NCBI GenBank assembly: GCA_043228905.1
Contig: JBHGNT010000016.1
Location: forward strand, 13,764,001-13,828,000
Length of the DNA stretch: 64,000 nt
DNA from: Azolla caroliniana
Taxonomy: Eukaryota > Plantae > Polypodiophyta
Reading direction: 5' to 3'
Each line of letters opens with the position of its first letter. Position 1 is the first letter of the stretch. A model generated the notes under the pieces. That model ran no database searches and was not told the DNA's origin. It worked only from the letters and a program-made list of their open reading frames with translations. The position numbers were made by a program, and so were the translations under genes. Below, in pieces: positions 11,220 to 23,461 of this stretch.

Positions 11220-13326
11220 TTCAATTCTTTACAGAAACTAACTATCTGTTCTTGATTTGTGTATTGTTCCTACAAAGTAGTCAAAAATTTTGCCGATTTA
11301 TCAATCCTGTAATGAGGAAGAATGAACAACAAGAAATAGGAATGATTAACTTACGTGGAGGTTCTCCATATCATTATCAATGACAAGATTAACCCCTAGA
11401 AGATACAAGTTCATTGAAAGAATCTAAATCTCTATCCATAGATGTATTTTCCGCTCGGGATCGAGCGACCCATTAGTATCAAGCTCATGTTCAACAACCT
11501 GTTCCAGATAATGCCTCACTGAGCACATTTTCATGTACAAGTTATTTAAAACATACTAGGAAAAAAATAGCTACCTGAATCTTGTTTCTAATTGTTGTCA
11601 CTGCCAACACGACCATGCTTTCCATTGCATGAGCCAAAGTTGCTTTCTCTAAGGCAGACTTTGTTGCGTCCAATGTCTCATAGGCTTCATTAACATTTTT
11701 CAACATATCACTAATCAATGTCTCACCTATATCATTGACATTTTCTTTCATGATGTTTCTGTGTAGTGCCTCCTTGCGGTTTTGTTGGGAGTCGGCAATT
11801 GCATCATCAACTACCATGCTCCATAATCGCACCATCTTTTGTTGCAAGTTCCCCATATTCTAGCATCATTCTATAAATGCCTCACCTACAAGAGCCCAAG
11901 CTATCTTTTACATTTCAGGGTTAGTTGCTTCATTCACTATTTTGCAATACTCATAGGCAAAGGCTCTAGTGAAGGCAACAAACAATTCATTGTTGAATGG
12001 AATTTCTTGATGTACTTTTTGGTGAAGCCTCATGCAGTCGTCATACAACTCCAGTCGTACATGCTTCAACTTCACCTTGCCTTTCTCACTTGGCACTTTA
12101 TAGACTAACAACTAGTCTATCCCTAAGCAATTTATCCATTAGCACAACAGGGTCAATACCCTCCAATGACAAACCATATACGTGGTTAAAGTCCTCCTTT
12201 GTCTCACGAAACTTGGCAAAGTTCAGTACTCTAGGATAGGGAGGAATGAGCTACCGAAAATAAAAAATCAATACATGTTACCTCTGCTCTGTTGGGACAT
12301 GTGTATTTAGAATCATAATTAGTAGGGAAGAATAAAAAATAAACAATTAGGCACATGCATCAAAATCCAAATCAAGTTTGGGAGAAATTTATAGATAGAT
12401 GGACACCCTAGTTAGAAATGTGTATTGATGTAAAATTTCAACCCTAATCAAAGATTTTAACCCTCATCAGAAATGTGTATGAAATCAACCCTAAATCAGG
12501 AAATTTTAACCATAATCAGAAATCAACCCTAATCAGAAATGAAGTTTGGGGGAAATTTACATACAAATACACACTATAATCAGAAATGTGTATTGATTCA
12601 AAATTTCAACCCTCATTAGAAATGTCTATAAAATCAAGCCTAAATCAGAGATTTTCAACCATAATAAAAAATAAACCCTAATCGGAAATATCTACAAAAT
12701 CAACCCTAATCAGAGATTCTGACAATTTGATTTTAGCTTCATCTGAAATCGGAAATCTTGACAATTAGAAACACACATGCTAGACCTTGATTTTTGCGAC
12801 ATCCTTGTTTGGGACTCCAACGACCCATTTACTATAAAAGATGAACATGCAAGACATTTACAATAAAGGAAAAAAAGCAAGATTTTTGAAAGTATGTAAT
12901 GTGTAACTAATGCATACCTTGACGAGGACAGAACTGGTGGTGTGTTGGTGCTTTGAAGGTGGAATGTCGATATCAGAGGTTTTGTGCTGCTACGAGAGCT
13001 TCGTTTGTGTTTGTGCTTGGAGTACTCCATATGTTTGGATTTCGAATTAAACCTCAAGATTAGCAAGACTTCGGTGACATTCAAGTCGATTTTAGATGAG
13101 GGCATTCAAGTCGATTTTTAGTACTTGCATATTACCTATTCACCATAATAAATGAAATGTATTTCATTAATAAAGCAAACAAAAATTGTAAATGATCCTT
13201 AAGATTTGCCCACAAAAATTTAGCTAAAGAAATAGCTAAATAGTTGTAGCCATGTTAACTACATGTTAGCTATTTCTTTAGCTAAATAGTTGTAGCCATG
13301 TTAACTACATGTTAGCTATAGTAGTG
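11220..13326 (-). mobile_element. Probable CACTA (En/Spm) element 5' end carrying a decayed intron-containing accessory gene
   Basis: The minus strand begins CACTACTATAGCTAAC at 13326. Palindromic TAGCTA-rich subterminal repeats at 13218-13320. Putative exon 12918-13030 with AG|GTATGC donor. Coding remnants at 11542-12250. The second TIR was not found. Confidence 0.55.
12405..12720 (+). repeat. Degenerate AACCCTAA(T)CAG (telo-box-like) repeat cluster
   Basis: Many spaced AACCCTAA/AACCCTCA motifs inside the putative intron. Not a tandem TTTAGGG array. Confidence 0.7.
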
Positions 13327-13489
13327 TTTCCATTCCCATGCTTTTACCTATGAGTAAAACATTTAGTTCTAACTTAAAACTTAAAACATAAAAATCAAAC
13401 CTATAAACTAGAGTCTACACTCTTAGTTTAATAAAGGGTATTATTTAAAATTAAAATTGATTTGAGAATATATCATCATTACAATTTTT

Positions 13490-14460
13490 TATTCCAAAAA
13501 AGGGAGCTATTTTCCCATTAGTTGGAAGAGATTTTTACGAAGGGACTATACAAGAAATGGGGATATCACCCCCCGATCAAGTTCAAGAATATGAGACTAT
13601 GAACATATCCTCTGTTACTTTCTACTTAAGTAAGGAGGTATCTAGAGCTATAAACTAGTGGCAATCCACCAAACTGATCCCATTAGTAGGGGCCATTCTA
13701 TTGGCTTGTAGAGCCCCTAAGGTATTCTCGGCATGTCATTCTCGAATAACGTTAAACAATTCCGACAATACATTTTGACTCTTGTGTTGACTCTCTTGCC
13801 CATCCTTCATCCCTCTGTCCCAAAGGGTGCTTGCCAAACTAGGTGAAAGTATGCTTCTCTTGCCCTTCCCTTTGTCCTTGGTCTTGCCACTTTGGAGCCA
13901 TGACTTCATTGTTCAAAGGTCACCTCCACATTTGTGTTCCATTGTGAGGGTGGCTACAAGGCTGGTAAGTTCCATCACAAGTTTTCTTTTTCCTCGAGTG
14001 TGATGTCACAATGGTTGGCGATGAATTCACCTCCTCAAGGGTGGACAACACAAGTTGTGGCTGCATCTCCACCATGGTGGATAGCACAAAGTCGAGATCT
14101 CGTTCGAGGGGGGGGGGGGGGGGGTCGCATGGGAGCAACGCTACTGATAGCGCTTAAGGGTTTCCATCCCCTAGCCCATATAGCATTGTAAATCTTTGCT
14201 TGCTGCTCATGAGGACATCTTTATCCTTGCCTGACGATACTTCCCTAGGACCCAAGGTCATGAGCTTCCCTTGCCAATCTTACACGGACACACCTTAGCT
14301 TGGTGTTCTTTTTGTTTTAAGAGGAAACAGTACCAAGGAAGTCCATCGTAGACCACTTTCACCATTGTGAGCCCTAGCTCCTCAAAGTAGAGACAAATTC
14401 TTGATGGGAGTCCATGTATGGAAGGCACTAAGATACGCCACCAAATGATGCCGCCCAACT
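13490..14460 (-). mobile_element. LINE (L1-type) remnant: ORF1 zinc-knuckle fragment and 3' end
   Basis: VVYDGLPWYCFLLKQKEHQAKVCP is a degenerate CCHC. The 3' end (TTCCCATTAGTTGGAAG...) resembles the LINE end at 29260. Confidence 0.6.
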
Positions 14461-15019
14461 AACACACACACACACACACAAAGAGTGCCGCCAAAAGTCC
14501 TAATGTCTTCCTGCACCTACCATCACCATCGCCATGAGAGTGTCGCCCCCGCCAGCCTTGCAAATAACTTATATTGTTCAAGTCCAATTGTTTAAAAAGT
14601 TCATAGATTTTATTACTCTATATAATATTATATTACATGCTTCATAGTACAATGGTACATACTACATACATGTATTTATATGACAATATAATATATATAA
14701 TATATATGAAATGAAAAATAGAATTTTAGCATGTCATTTGACATGTATAATTTTTAGGGGCCTTTCACATGGAAATGAAAAATTAATATGTGAAAGGCCA
14801 TTTTTATTAGGTGTGTGTTTTTTAATGGGTAAAATGACCTTTGAGGGGCATGACACACATCAAATTTTTGTGCTACTTGGGGAAACTATGTGGAATAGAG
14901 GACAAAAAGATGAATTGATTATCAGAGAAACGAGTGATGGTAGAGCACCGAGTGGCACCTGAGTCAACGCACAAAGGGAGTTCCGGTGTAACTTCCCTCA
15001 AGCCGCCTAACATCTCTTC

Positions 15020-15840
15020 TAATATCTCAAATAAGGGGAACTTGTTGAAACTTCAACAAGTGTTATTAGATTTATGTGATGCTTCAAGAACTTTGATAAA
15101 TTGGGACAAGTCCATGGGGTTTTGGGTTGTGTCGTCGTCCCCCTCCACAAGATGTGTCAACGCTAGGTTTTAATTGGGTACCTTGAGGTATAGCCATAAG
15201 GTATTTAGGCTATCAAGTGGGGATAGATTTGCTAGCAAAAGAGATGGTAACACCCCTTTTATTACGGGTTAGAAATAAGTTGTTGTATTGGGATATCACT
15301 AATTTGTCTCTACTAGGAAGGGTGGTTGTGGCAAACTATTTTGCTTCCATTGATGTGGTATGTTGCATCAACATGGCTATTTTCAAGGTCTATTATATTG
15401 AAACTACAACGTTTAGTTCGTAATTTTATTTGGGGTACCCCTGTGGGATCAAGGGTTGTTGCAAAAGTTGTGTAGTCGGTTTTAATCCAATCAGTACGTG
15501 AAGGTGGACTTGGCTTAATAGATCCTCTGCTCCAAAGTAAGGCCATTCTTGCCAAGCATGTTGTGAGGGGTTTTATGCCTGGGAATGAGTTGTGGAAAAA
15601 GTTATGGTTGTTATCTCTTCGTAGCACGAAACCTACAATAGGAGTACAGTGGCAGGATAGTTTTCGATAGTTGTTTACCTCTGAATTTCCAATTAAGGCT
15701 CATAATGTTGATTCTATGAGATTTTTTACAGGTATTTTGAGGACATGGAAGGACATTAGAGAGGCTCTCCTATTTTAACTTCCATCCTATTTTAACCCAA
15801 TTCTTAAGGGAGCAGTTGTTATGGAATCCTTTGTTATGGC
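15020..15840 (+). pseudogene. LINE reverse transcriptase C-terminal fragment
   Basis: LCDASRTLINWDKS, RYLGYQVG, LSLLGRVVVAN, RNFIWG and EGGLGLIDP motifs. Confidence 0.85.
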
Positions 15841-15868
15841 CATACATAAATGTGGTTTCATTTTCAAG

Positions 15869-17203
15869 CTAACCGTCGCCCTTCTTCTTTGTTGTATACA
15901 ACACGACTTTTTTCTTGGAGTCGGCGTATTGCATACACCATTCCTTGTCCTTTAGATCACAGTCAGGAAGGTCCTCACCACCAGTAGCTACTAACATTTT
16001 CTTTGGGCTAACATCATTGGATGGTTGAGATTTTGTCTCCTCGTTGAAGAGAAGCTTTTTTCCTCCCTTCATGTTCTCAGGAACTATTAGGGTCTGGGTC
16101 TCAATTGGAGAGACCTGTATCCGGAGCTTTATCTTCTTCATAGGTCGGACAAACAAGTTCTCAAACAACCTATTTAAGAAAGGACATGCGAAAACATTAG
16201 GTGGTTACCTAGATTAAGGTTGTATATTAAAATATACATAATTAGACGAAGACAAAAACTAGAAGGCGATTTGTAGTAAACTATAAATATCAATCATGTA
16301 TTGAGTGAACATGGTAGTCCTTTATTCGGAAATCCATTCTAGTAAGGGCTATTCAACTTCGAAAATTATATATCTTAATAATTATACAAGGATATATATC
16401 ATCTTAAAGGGTAGGTATGGCTTATATTGATTCCATATCCATATTGTATAGAATTTGCATATGACAGACTTAAATTTGGTATCATAAAGGTAATTCGTGG
16501 GTTATTTTCTATTATTTTATTCTATAATAGGTCATAAAACCTTTTTAAGTAAGGCCCCTAGTTACAAAATATGGCAAATGTCACTAAAAAAGTCTGAATT
16601 TGACATAAAGTTTGGTATCTTTTCACACATATACTAAATTGTTGCCCCAAAGACACAATATTCTTGTTTAAATTTTGTGTTTTATATAGGAACTCGAGGG
16701 TATCGAGTTCATGTATAAAACACATACTTTACACAGGAACTTGATACGACGTATCGAGTTCCTCTTTAAAACACAAACTTTAAACAAGAACTTGATACAA
16801 CATATCGAGTTCTTGTATAAAACACATACTTTACACAGGAACTCGATACGCCATATCGAGTTCCTGTATGAAACAAGAACTTTATACAAGAACTCGATAC
16901 GCCGTATCGAGTTCCTCTATAAAACACGAACATAATACAGGAACTCGATACGGCGTATCGAGTTCTTGTTGAAAACACAAACTTTAAACAGGAACTCGAT
17001 ACGCTGTATCGAGTTCCTATTTAAAACACAAACTTTATACAGGAACTCGATATGGCGTATGGAGTTCCTGTATAAAGTTTGTGTTTTAAATAGGAACTCG
17101 ATATGCCGTATCGAGTTCTTGAGTGCTAAAACATATTTACAAAAATGTCCAGAGTGTCAGACGCTTACCTAGAGTCTTGGCGCTCGATTTTCTTTGACGA
17201 CAT
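15869..17203 (-). CDS. Spliced ORF of unknown function, head-to-head with the Sola-like transposase (exon 1 17169-17203, exon 2 from 16169 to ~15874)
   Basis: TATAAATA at 17338-17345 (minus strand). ATG at 17203. Donor AG|GTAAGC and acceptor AAATAG|G join in frame: MSSKKIERQDSR-LFENLFVRPMKKIKLRIQ...KKKGDG. Ends at TAG 15869 or splices at G|GTTAGC. Confidence 0.6.
16672..17125. repeat. Tandem array of ~43-44 bp units (~10 copies), each with the palindrome GAACTCGATAC-N3/4-GTATCGAGTTC
   Basis: Directly visible. The last linker is inverted (ATTTAAAACACAAACTTTATA versus TATAAAGTTTGTGTTTTAAAT), giving a larger hairpin near 17020-17092. Confidence 0.92.
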
Positions 17204-19248
17204 GGTTGACGTTGTCAATGCTTAGGAGGAGATCCCAATTTGGTGCTTCGTGCTCTGTGTGCTTTGTTTGCTCTATGTGTTCTTGTGCTTTGTTCTGAGT
17301 GTGTGCTTCGTGTGATTGAAATATGAGGAGATCTTCCTATTTATAGGGATTGACCACAATAGTTAAAGTAACCACAATCACTTTAACCAGGGTTGGCAAG
17401 CTTAAGGTTAGTTAGTTAGTAACCACGATCACTTTAACCAGAGTTACTTTATTTAGTACCTAATCTTGAGTGTACCAATCACTCTCTAATGGATTTGAAA
17501 TCAATGATTAAATAGTCAAACTAACATATTAATGATTATTTTATAGTGAAACTAACATACACTGACTTCGAAGGTCATGAAGGAAACAATGAACCAATGA
17601 TTGAATACTCAAAGCAACATTTTTATGACTGTTAATTGCTTTATATTAAAGATGTGGCCATGAATGAACCAATAATTGAAAAGTCTTATATTTAAAATAG
17701 TGGGCATGAATAAACCAATGACTGAGAAGTTCTATATTAAATATGGGTGCCATTAATTAACCAATGGTTTTAACTTTAAAACAACATATATATGACTTGG
17801 TAATGATTGTAATTATATTATACTTGATTTAACTTTATACATACTAGTTTAAGTAATTATTAAAATGTTGAATACAATTATTATATTAAAAATAATATCT
17901 TTATTTATTGTATTAATATAATATTAAATAATATAGACATTATATTGAGGGAGCTTCTATTTAGAGATGAGTTTATGTTTAGAGAGGAGCTTATTAGTTT
18001 TTTATGTTAGCCTAAGCACATAACTTAAAGAGCTCTATGTGGACCTTAAGCCACGAGTGAAGAATATTGTTTGTCATCAGACTCTTTGTTTTCTACTGAA
18101 GAGTATTGTCTGTCGACAGACTCACCATTTTCTATGGAAGAATATTGTCTGTCGACAGACTCACCATTTTCTATCGAAGAATATTGTCTGAACTCATCTT
18201 CACCTACGACGAATGTGAATAATGACACATGTGAAGAGTTCTCTATTGAGGAATACGATGTTAATAAAGATACGGAGAATGAAGGTAGTGCCAATGAAAC
18301 ATCGAATATAATGGGTGATGGTCACAACAAAGAATTGGATAGTAAGAAGGTTACACCAACTTCTATGTAGGAAGAGAAATCTGGAAGCCCTATGCATATT
18401 AGAAGAATCCCACAAAGAATTCGTCTGGCTAGATTTAACTTGGTGACATAAGATAAACAGATTGGATTTGATGTCAAAAAATCAAAGTTGCGAGAATTAA
18501 GGCGATACTATTTTTCAATGATTGGTGATGTGCAAGACACTTACCTCGGGTCACATATGCAACTAGTGTCAGACAAATGTACGGGGATCAAAGTATCATT
18601 CGAGTGTTATATCTTCCATGCGCAACGGATATGTAGAGTTGCATTCAAAATTGCGTTATGTGTTAGTAACATGCGGTTACATAGAGTACAACAACGTCTA
18701 CTTAGCGGGGATCAGATGCTCAATTGTAAAGAGGTTCCAAGTATGAAAGGTGCAATTGGAAGACATGCTATTGGTTGGATGAAAAGTTACTTTCAGTTAA
18801 ATTGTGAAGTAATGCCCACTACAGGTAGGATGCACCTCTCTGATAATTACACACGTCGGGAAGTTTATGATGTCTATCGATCTAATATGGTGGGCTCACG
18901 TAATAATATCTATCACATATAGCCAATTCACAAGATTATGGAGAGTTGGGTTTTCAAATGTCATCATTCCACGTAAAGTACACATGGGGCATTACTCCAT
19001 TTGTGCAAATTTTAAAAGTTTGGCTAAAGGTGCAAAGACATCAATGGAAAAGGATATGAGTAAGAAGTTACTACAGGAGCATCGTGAGGCACAATCATTA
19101 GAACAAAAGAAGGCAATGCATCATAGAGAGAAGCGTTTGAAGAAGCCCGAACAATACATGCGCTTAATGATAGATGGCATGGACCAGACGAAGGTGTGCT
19201 TACCGCATATGCGGAGGCTCCCCAAAGACGTCAATGATGAGTGCCTTG

Positions 19249-22200
19249 TGTTGAGAATTCGATGCGGAATAGATCACAATAAACGAACTACGCATTGAAA
19301 TACGAATTACAGAAATGCCAGAAAAACAAGACACACAACAATGCACAAAGATTTACGTGGAAACCCTAAAACGAGGAAAACCATGGGAACAGAACTTCAT
19401 TATACAAATAGTGGATATACACCAGCGAGAAGGTTAGAACACTCTATCGAGTGTATCAGCCGCACAGGGCTCTTCGTGTCTGCTGTTACACACACAACTA
19501 TGGCGCAACTCTCTCTTCTCTCTCTCACACACTCTCTTGCATTCTTCAATGCAAACGATTACTTGTAGAAGCGTTAGAAAAACAGAGAAAGCAGAGAGTA
19601 CACGGGAGAGACAGAGAGAGAGAAACGTAAACGCTATATTCAAAAACGATATATTCACTCTCTGTTCATACAACTGTGCTCAGTAGCACTATTTATACAA
19701 GTCCTCGTGGGACTGATAGAAGTACCGCATACTTCAATGCTCACACGAGCATCTGACACTTACTACGAGACTATAACTGCCTAGTAGTCTAAACTAATAC
19801 TAGGCTTCCGGTTACCGATTGGATCCGGCTAACCGGCTCCCCAGCTCACCGGCTCTGTTGCTTGCCGGCTTTGTTGCTCACCGGCTTACCGATCCGTCTC
19901 GCTCACCGGCTCAGGCTTATCCAACCGATCTGGCTCCAGTTCAGCTTGCCGCTCAACACTCCACCTCAAGCTCAACTTGAGGATAGATCCTAGTGTCAGC
20001 CTTTGTGATAGTCTGTTCTTCCAACCGACTTCTCCTGGCGTCGCTCAGCGTTGCTCGCGCTCCTCGTCCGGTCCGGTTCTGTTTGCCGCGACCCTTCTGG
20101 TTATGCGCGCTTCGACCTTCTCGGTCGGCATGTTTGCTCAATAGGCCCCTCTCAGCTCCTTCGCTGTTATGACTCCAGCGCTTGCCGATCCGTTAGTTCC
20201 TCCGCGATGGCTTCTACTTCCGCTGCATCCGTGTCTGCATGGCCTTGAATTGATCCGGTTCTTCCGAATTTGTTTGTTGAACCGAATCGATTGTTTCCGA
20301 TTCGTTCTAGCTCTTGTCCGAATCGGTTGCTCCCGATTCGTCTTCTAGTTCCAAGCCCTTCACCACATCGGACCATGTCCGGGTCTTGGCCTTCTTCCTT
20401 CGGTCGGCTCTGTCCTTCTTGACTCTGCCGCCACTGCCGCTTGTTCCGTCTTGTTCGGACGTGTCAACTTCCCTTGTTGACTCGGCTCCTTTCTTCTTGT
20501 TGACTCTCCCTTCGTCTGTTCTTCCCGCACCAGCGCAATTGGCAGTCTCTTTGCCTTTGCCCGTTCTGGTGTCTTTGCCCGTTCTCCCCCTCAAGTGTGG
20601 CACATCGAGATGCTGAACACCAAGCATTTCGGTGAAGTGCTACAACTTGTCCGATCCGAGTGGTTTGGTACACATGTCGGCAACTTGCCGATCCGTGTGA
20701 ACATACCGAAGTTCGACCTCACCGCTCAGGACACGCTCACACTCGAAGTGATAGTGCACTTCTATGTGCTTTGTGCGAGCATGGAATATGGGGTTCTTTG
20801 CGAGTTGCATGCTGCTTATGTTGTCGTAGTAGACTAGAATCGGGGTCGGTACCTCGATCCGTAGGTCTTACAGCAATCGCCAAAGACAAATGGCTTCACA
20901 GGGGGCAATGGTAGCGCCCCGATACTCGCAACAGCTGCGCTCCCAAGGGAAAATATAAAACCGGAAGTGGATCTGCGATCCAACGCATTGCCGGCCTAGT
21001 CGGCATCCGTGTAACCGACTAGCTCTTCGGTTATACCTCGCCGGTATAACAGTCCCCGGTCCTTTGTGCCGCTTACATATCGCAGTATTTGCTGCGCGCA
21101 CTGAAGGTGCTCCACAGTCGGTTTTTGCATGAACTGACTTATCATTCCGACCGGATAGCTGATGTCGGGCCGCGTGATAGTCAAGTAAATAAAGCTTTCG
21201 ACAATTTGTCGGAACCGTTTCTCGTTGCAGGCCGGTCTGCAGTTGGGACGAAGCTTCTGGTTCTGGTCCAAGGGTGTGGAGACAGGTCAGCATTCTGTCA
21301 TGCCGAACTTGTACAACATATTCAAGACGTAATGTCATTGTGAGAGCAATATGCCGTCGGGGGTTCGGATCACCTCGATCCCAAGAAAATAATGAAGGTC
21401 CTCCAGGTCCTTCATCTCAAATGCGTCCGACAACTGGGACTTGACGAGGTTGACTGCTGGAAGACCCGGTCCGGTGATGACTAAGTCATCAACATACAAC
21501 AGTATACATACTGGACCGACTGAGCCTTACTGGATGAACAACGAAGAGTCGGACTTGGAGGCCGCAAACCCCATCTTACGCAACCGGTGCGTGATCTTCA
21601 TATTCCAAGCTCGAGGGGCTTGCTTTAGGCCGTACAACGACTTCTTCAGCCGGCAGACTGCCAACTTGTTCATCTCCGATTGAAAACCGGGAGGCTGAGT
21701 CATAAAGTCTTCTTCTTCAAGATCACATTGAAGAAATGCAGTCTTCACATCCATCTATTGAAGATGCCACCCCCTTGCTGCAGCAACCGCCAGCACCACA
21801 CGAACCATCGTCATCTTCCCCTGCCTGTGGAAGTCCCGGAATTGCTGTCGACACGCTTGGACTCCCCCTGCCTGTGGAAATCCCGGAATTGCTGTCGACA
21901 CGTTCTATGTGCCTTCGTTCTTGCTCTTGTCGGCCGCCTCCATTGCGTGCCGACTTGCCTCATCCACCACGCCCACGCGACCGATCCGCCTCCGTGTACG
22001 ACATTCGACTGTTAGTGGGTGCGCTAGTTGACGCACCGACGTGGTTCTCCTCTACAAGGAGCATCGGCTGTAAGTCGAAAAATGACGGTGTATTCTCCCT
22101 TGTACATACCGCCGTTCGGAACGCTCTGAACTTAGACGCCAGGCCCCCAAGACAGACCTGTACCATCTCGTCTTCCTCTACGGTAACGTTGATAGAGGCA

Positions 22201-23461
22201 AGCGAGTCACAGATCTCTTTGATCCGGGTCGTGTAATCCGACACCGACATGTCCTTCTATCGGACATTGCTTAACTCCTGTCGGAGTTGCAAGTTCAGGG
22301 CTGTAGTGCTCGAGGTGAAAACCTTCTTCAGGTTTCCCCAAGCCTCCTTCGGCGTCTTGGTGTCTCGGATGTGGCTCAATAGCTGGTCTCCGACACTGGA
22401 CGTGAAGCAGTACATCACTCTGCTTGCCGATTGTTCCCACACTGGGAAATCCTTATGTGCCGGATCAGGCGCTGTTTCATTGGCTCCTTCGACGAAACTC
22501 CAGTAGCCATGCCCAAGCAGGTACTGGTGCATCTTGTACGACCAAGATGCGTAGTTGGATCTGTCGAGTTTCTCCACATGGAGCAAGCTAGCCATCCCTC
22601 TATCCATCACTTCTCTGTCTGTTGTTCTTACGACCTGTTAGGGTTTTCTTTCAAGCGTCAGTCGGCTGCAGAGGTTCTCAACCCTCGCGCTCTGATATCA
22701 TGTAAATGATTACTTGCGGAAGCGTTAGAAAAACAGAGAAAGTAGAGAGTACACTGGAGAGACAGAGAGAGAGAAACGTAAAAGCTATATTCAAAAACGA
22801 TATATTCACTCTCTGTTCATACAATTGTGCTTAGTAGCACTATTTATACAAGTCCTCGTGGGACTGACAGAAGTACCGCGTACTTCAATGCTCACACGAG
22901 CATCTGACACTTACTATGAGACTATAACTGCCTAGTAGTCTAAACTAATACTAGGCTTCCAGTTACTGATTAGATCCGGCTAACCGGCTCCCCAGCTCAC
23001 CGGCGTTGTTGCTTGCCGGCTTACCGATCCGTCTCGCTCATCGGCTCATGCTTATCCAGCCGATCCGGCTCTAGTTTAGCTTGCCGCTCAACATTCAACT
23101 TCTGCACTTACATTGTTCTACCTAAAAGTTTGCCCTAGTTGCATATATACTTACGCAACATTCTGGTTATTTACATACGTAGCCCTCATGAGGCGCACAC
23201 TTAGACTATTTACAAGTATAGTCTTCCGAGTTGGCTATTTACACAATTTCGGTTTCGGCCTCGGCTAGTTCCTCATCAAATCGGCTCCTGTTTTTTGACT
23301 CTTTGACTGTCGGCTTTCTGAACAGTCGGATCATCCTCCCACTTGAGGGTATCGGCCTCAGCTGAGTTCCTCATCAACTTGGCTCCTGTTTTCCGACTCT
23401 TCAACTGTTGGTTTTCTGAACAGTCGGATCATCCTCCCACTAGAGGGACATATTCCCAACA
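19249..23461 (-). mobile_element. Solo copia LTR (same family as 33439-34039), itself interrupted by another copia element
   Basis: Termini TGTTG...CCCAACA. TSD CCTTG/CTTTG. Both halves (19249-19549, 23094-23461) are colinear with the LTR at 33439-34039. Confidence 0.85.
19550..23093 (-). mobile_element. Internally deleted Ty1/copia element (gag joined to RT; protease and integrase missing)
   Basis: LTRs at 19550-19958 and 22701-23093. Perfect TSD TTCAA. PBS-Met TGATATCAGAGC at ~22689-22700. PPT-like TTGAGGTGGAG next to 19958. Gag (KLDRSNYASWSYKM) abuts RT (MDVKTAFL) at ~21755. Confidence 0.92.

Noticed and set aside
12405-12720. Interstitial telomere
   Set aside because: The AACCCTAA motifs are dispersed and degenerate rather than tandem heptamers.
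16672-17125. CRISPR-like array of palindromic repeats
   Set aside because: The linkers are short and similar to each other rather than unique spacers, there are no cas genes, and the context is a eukaryotic intron.
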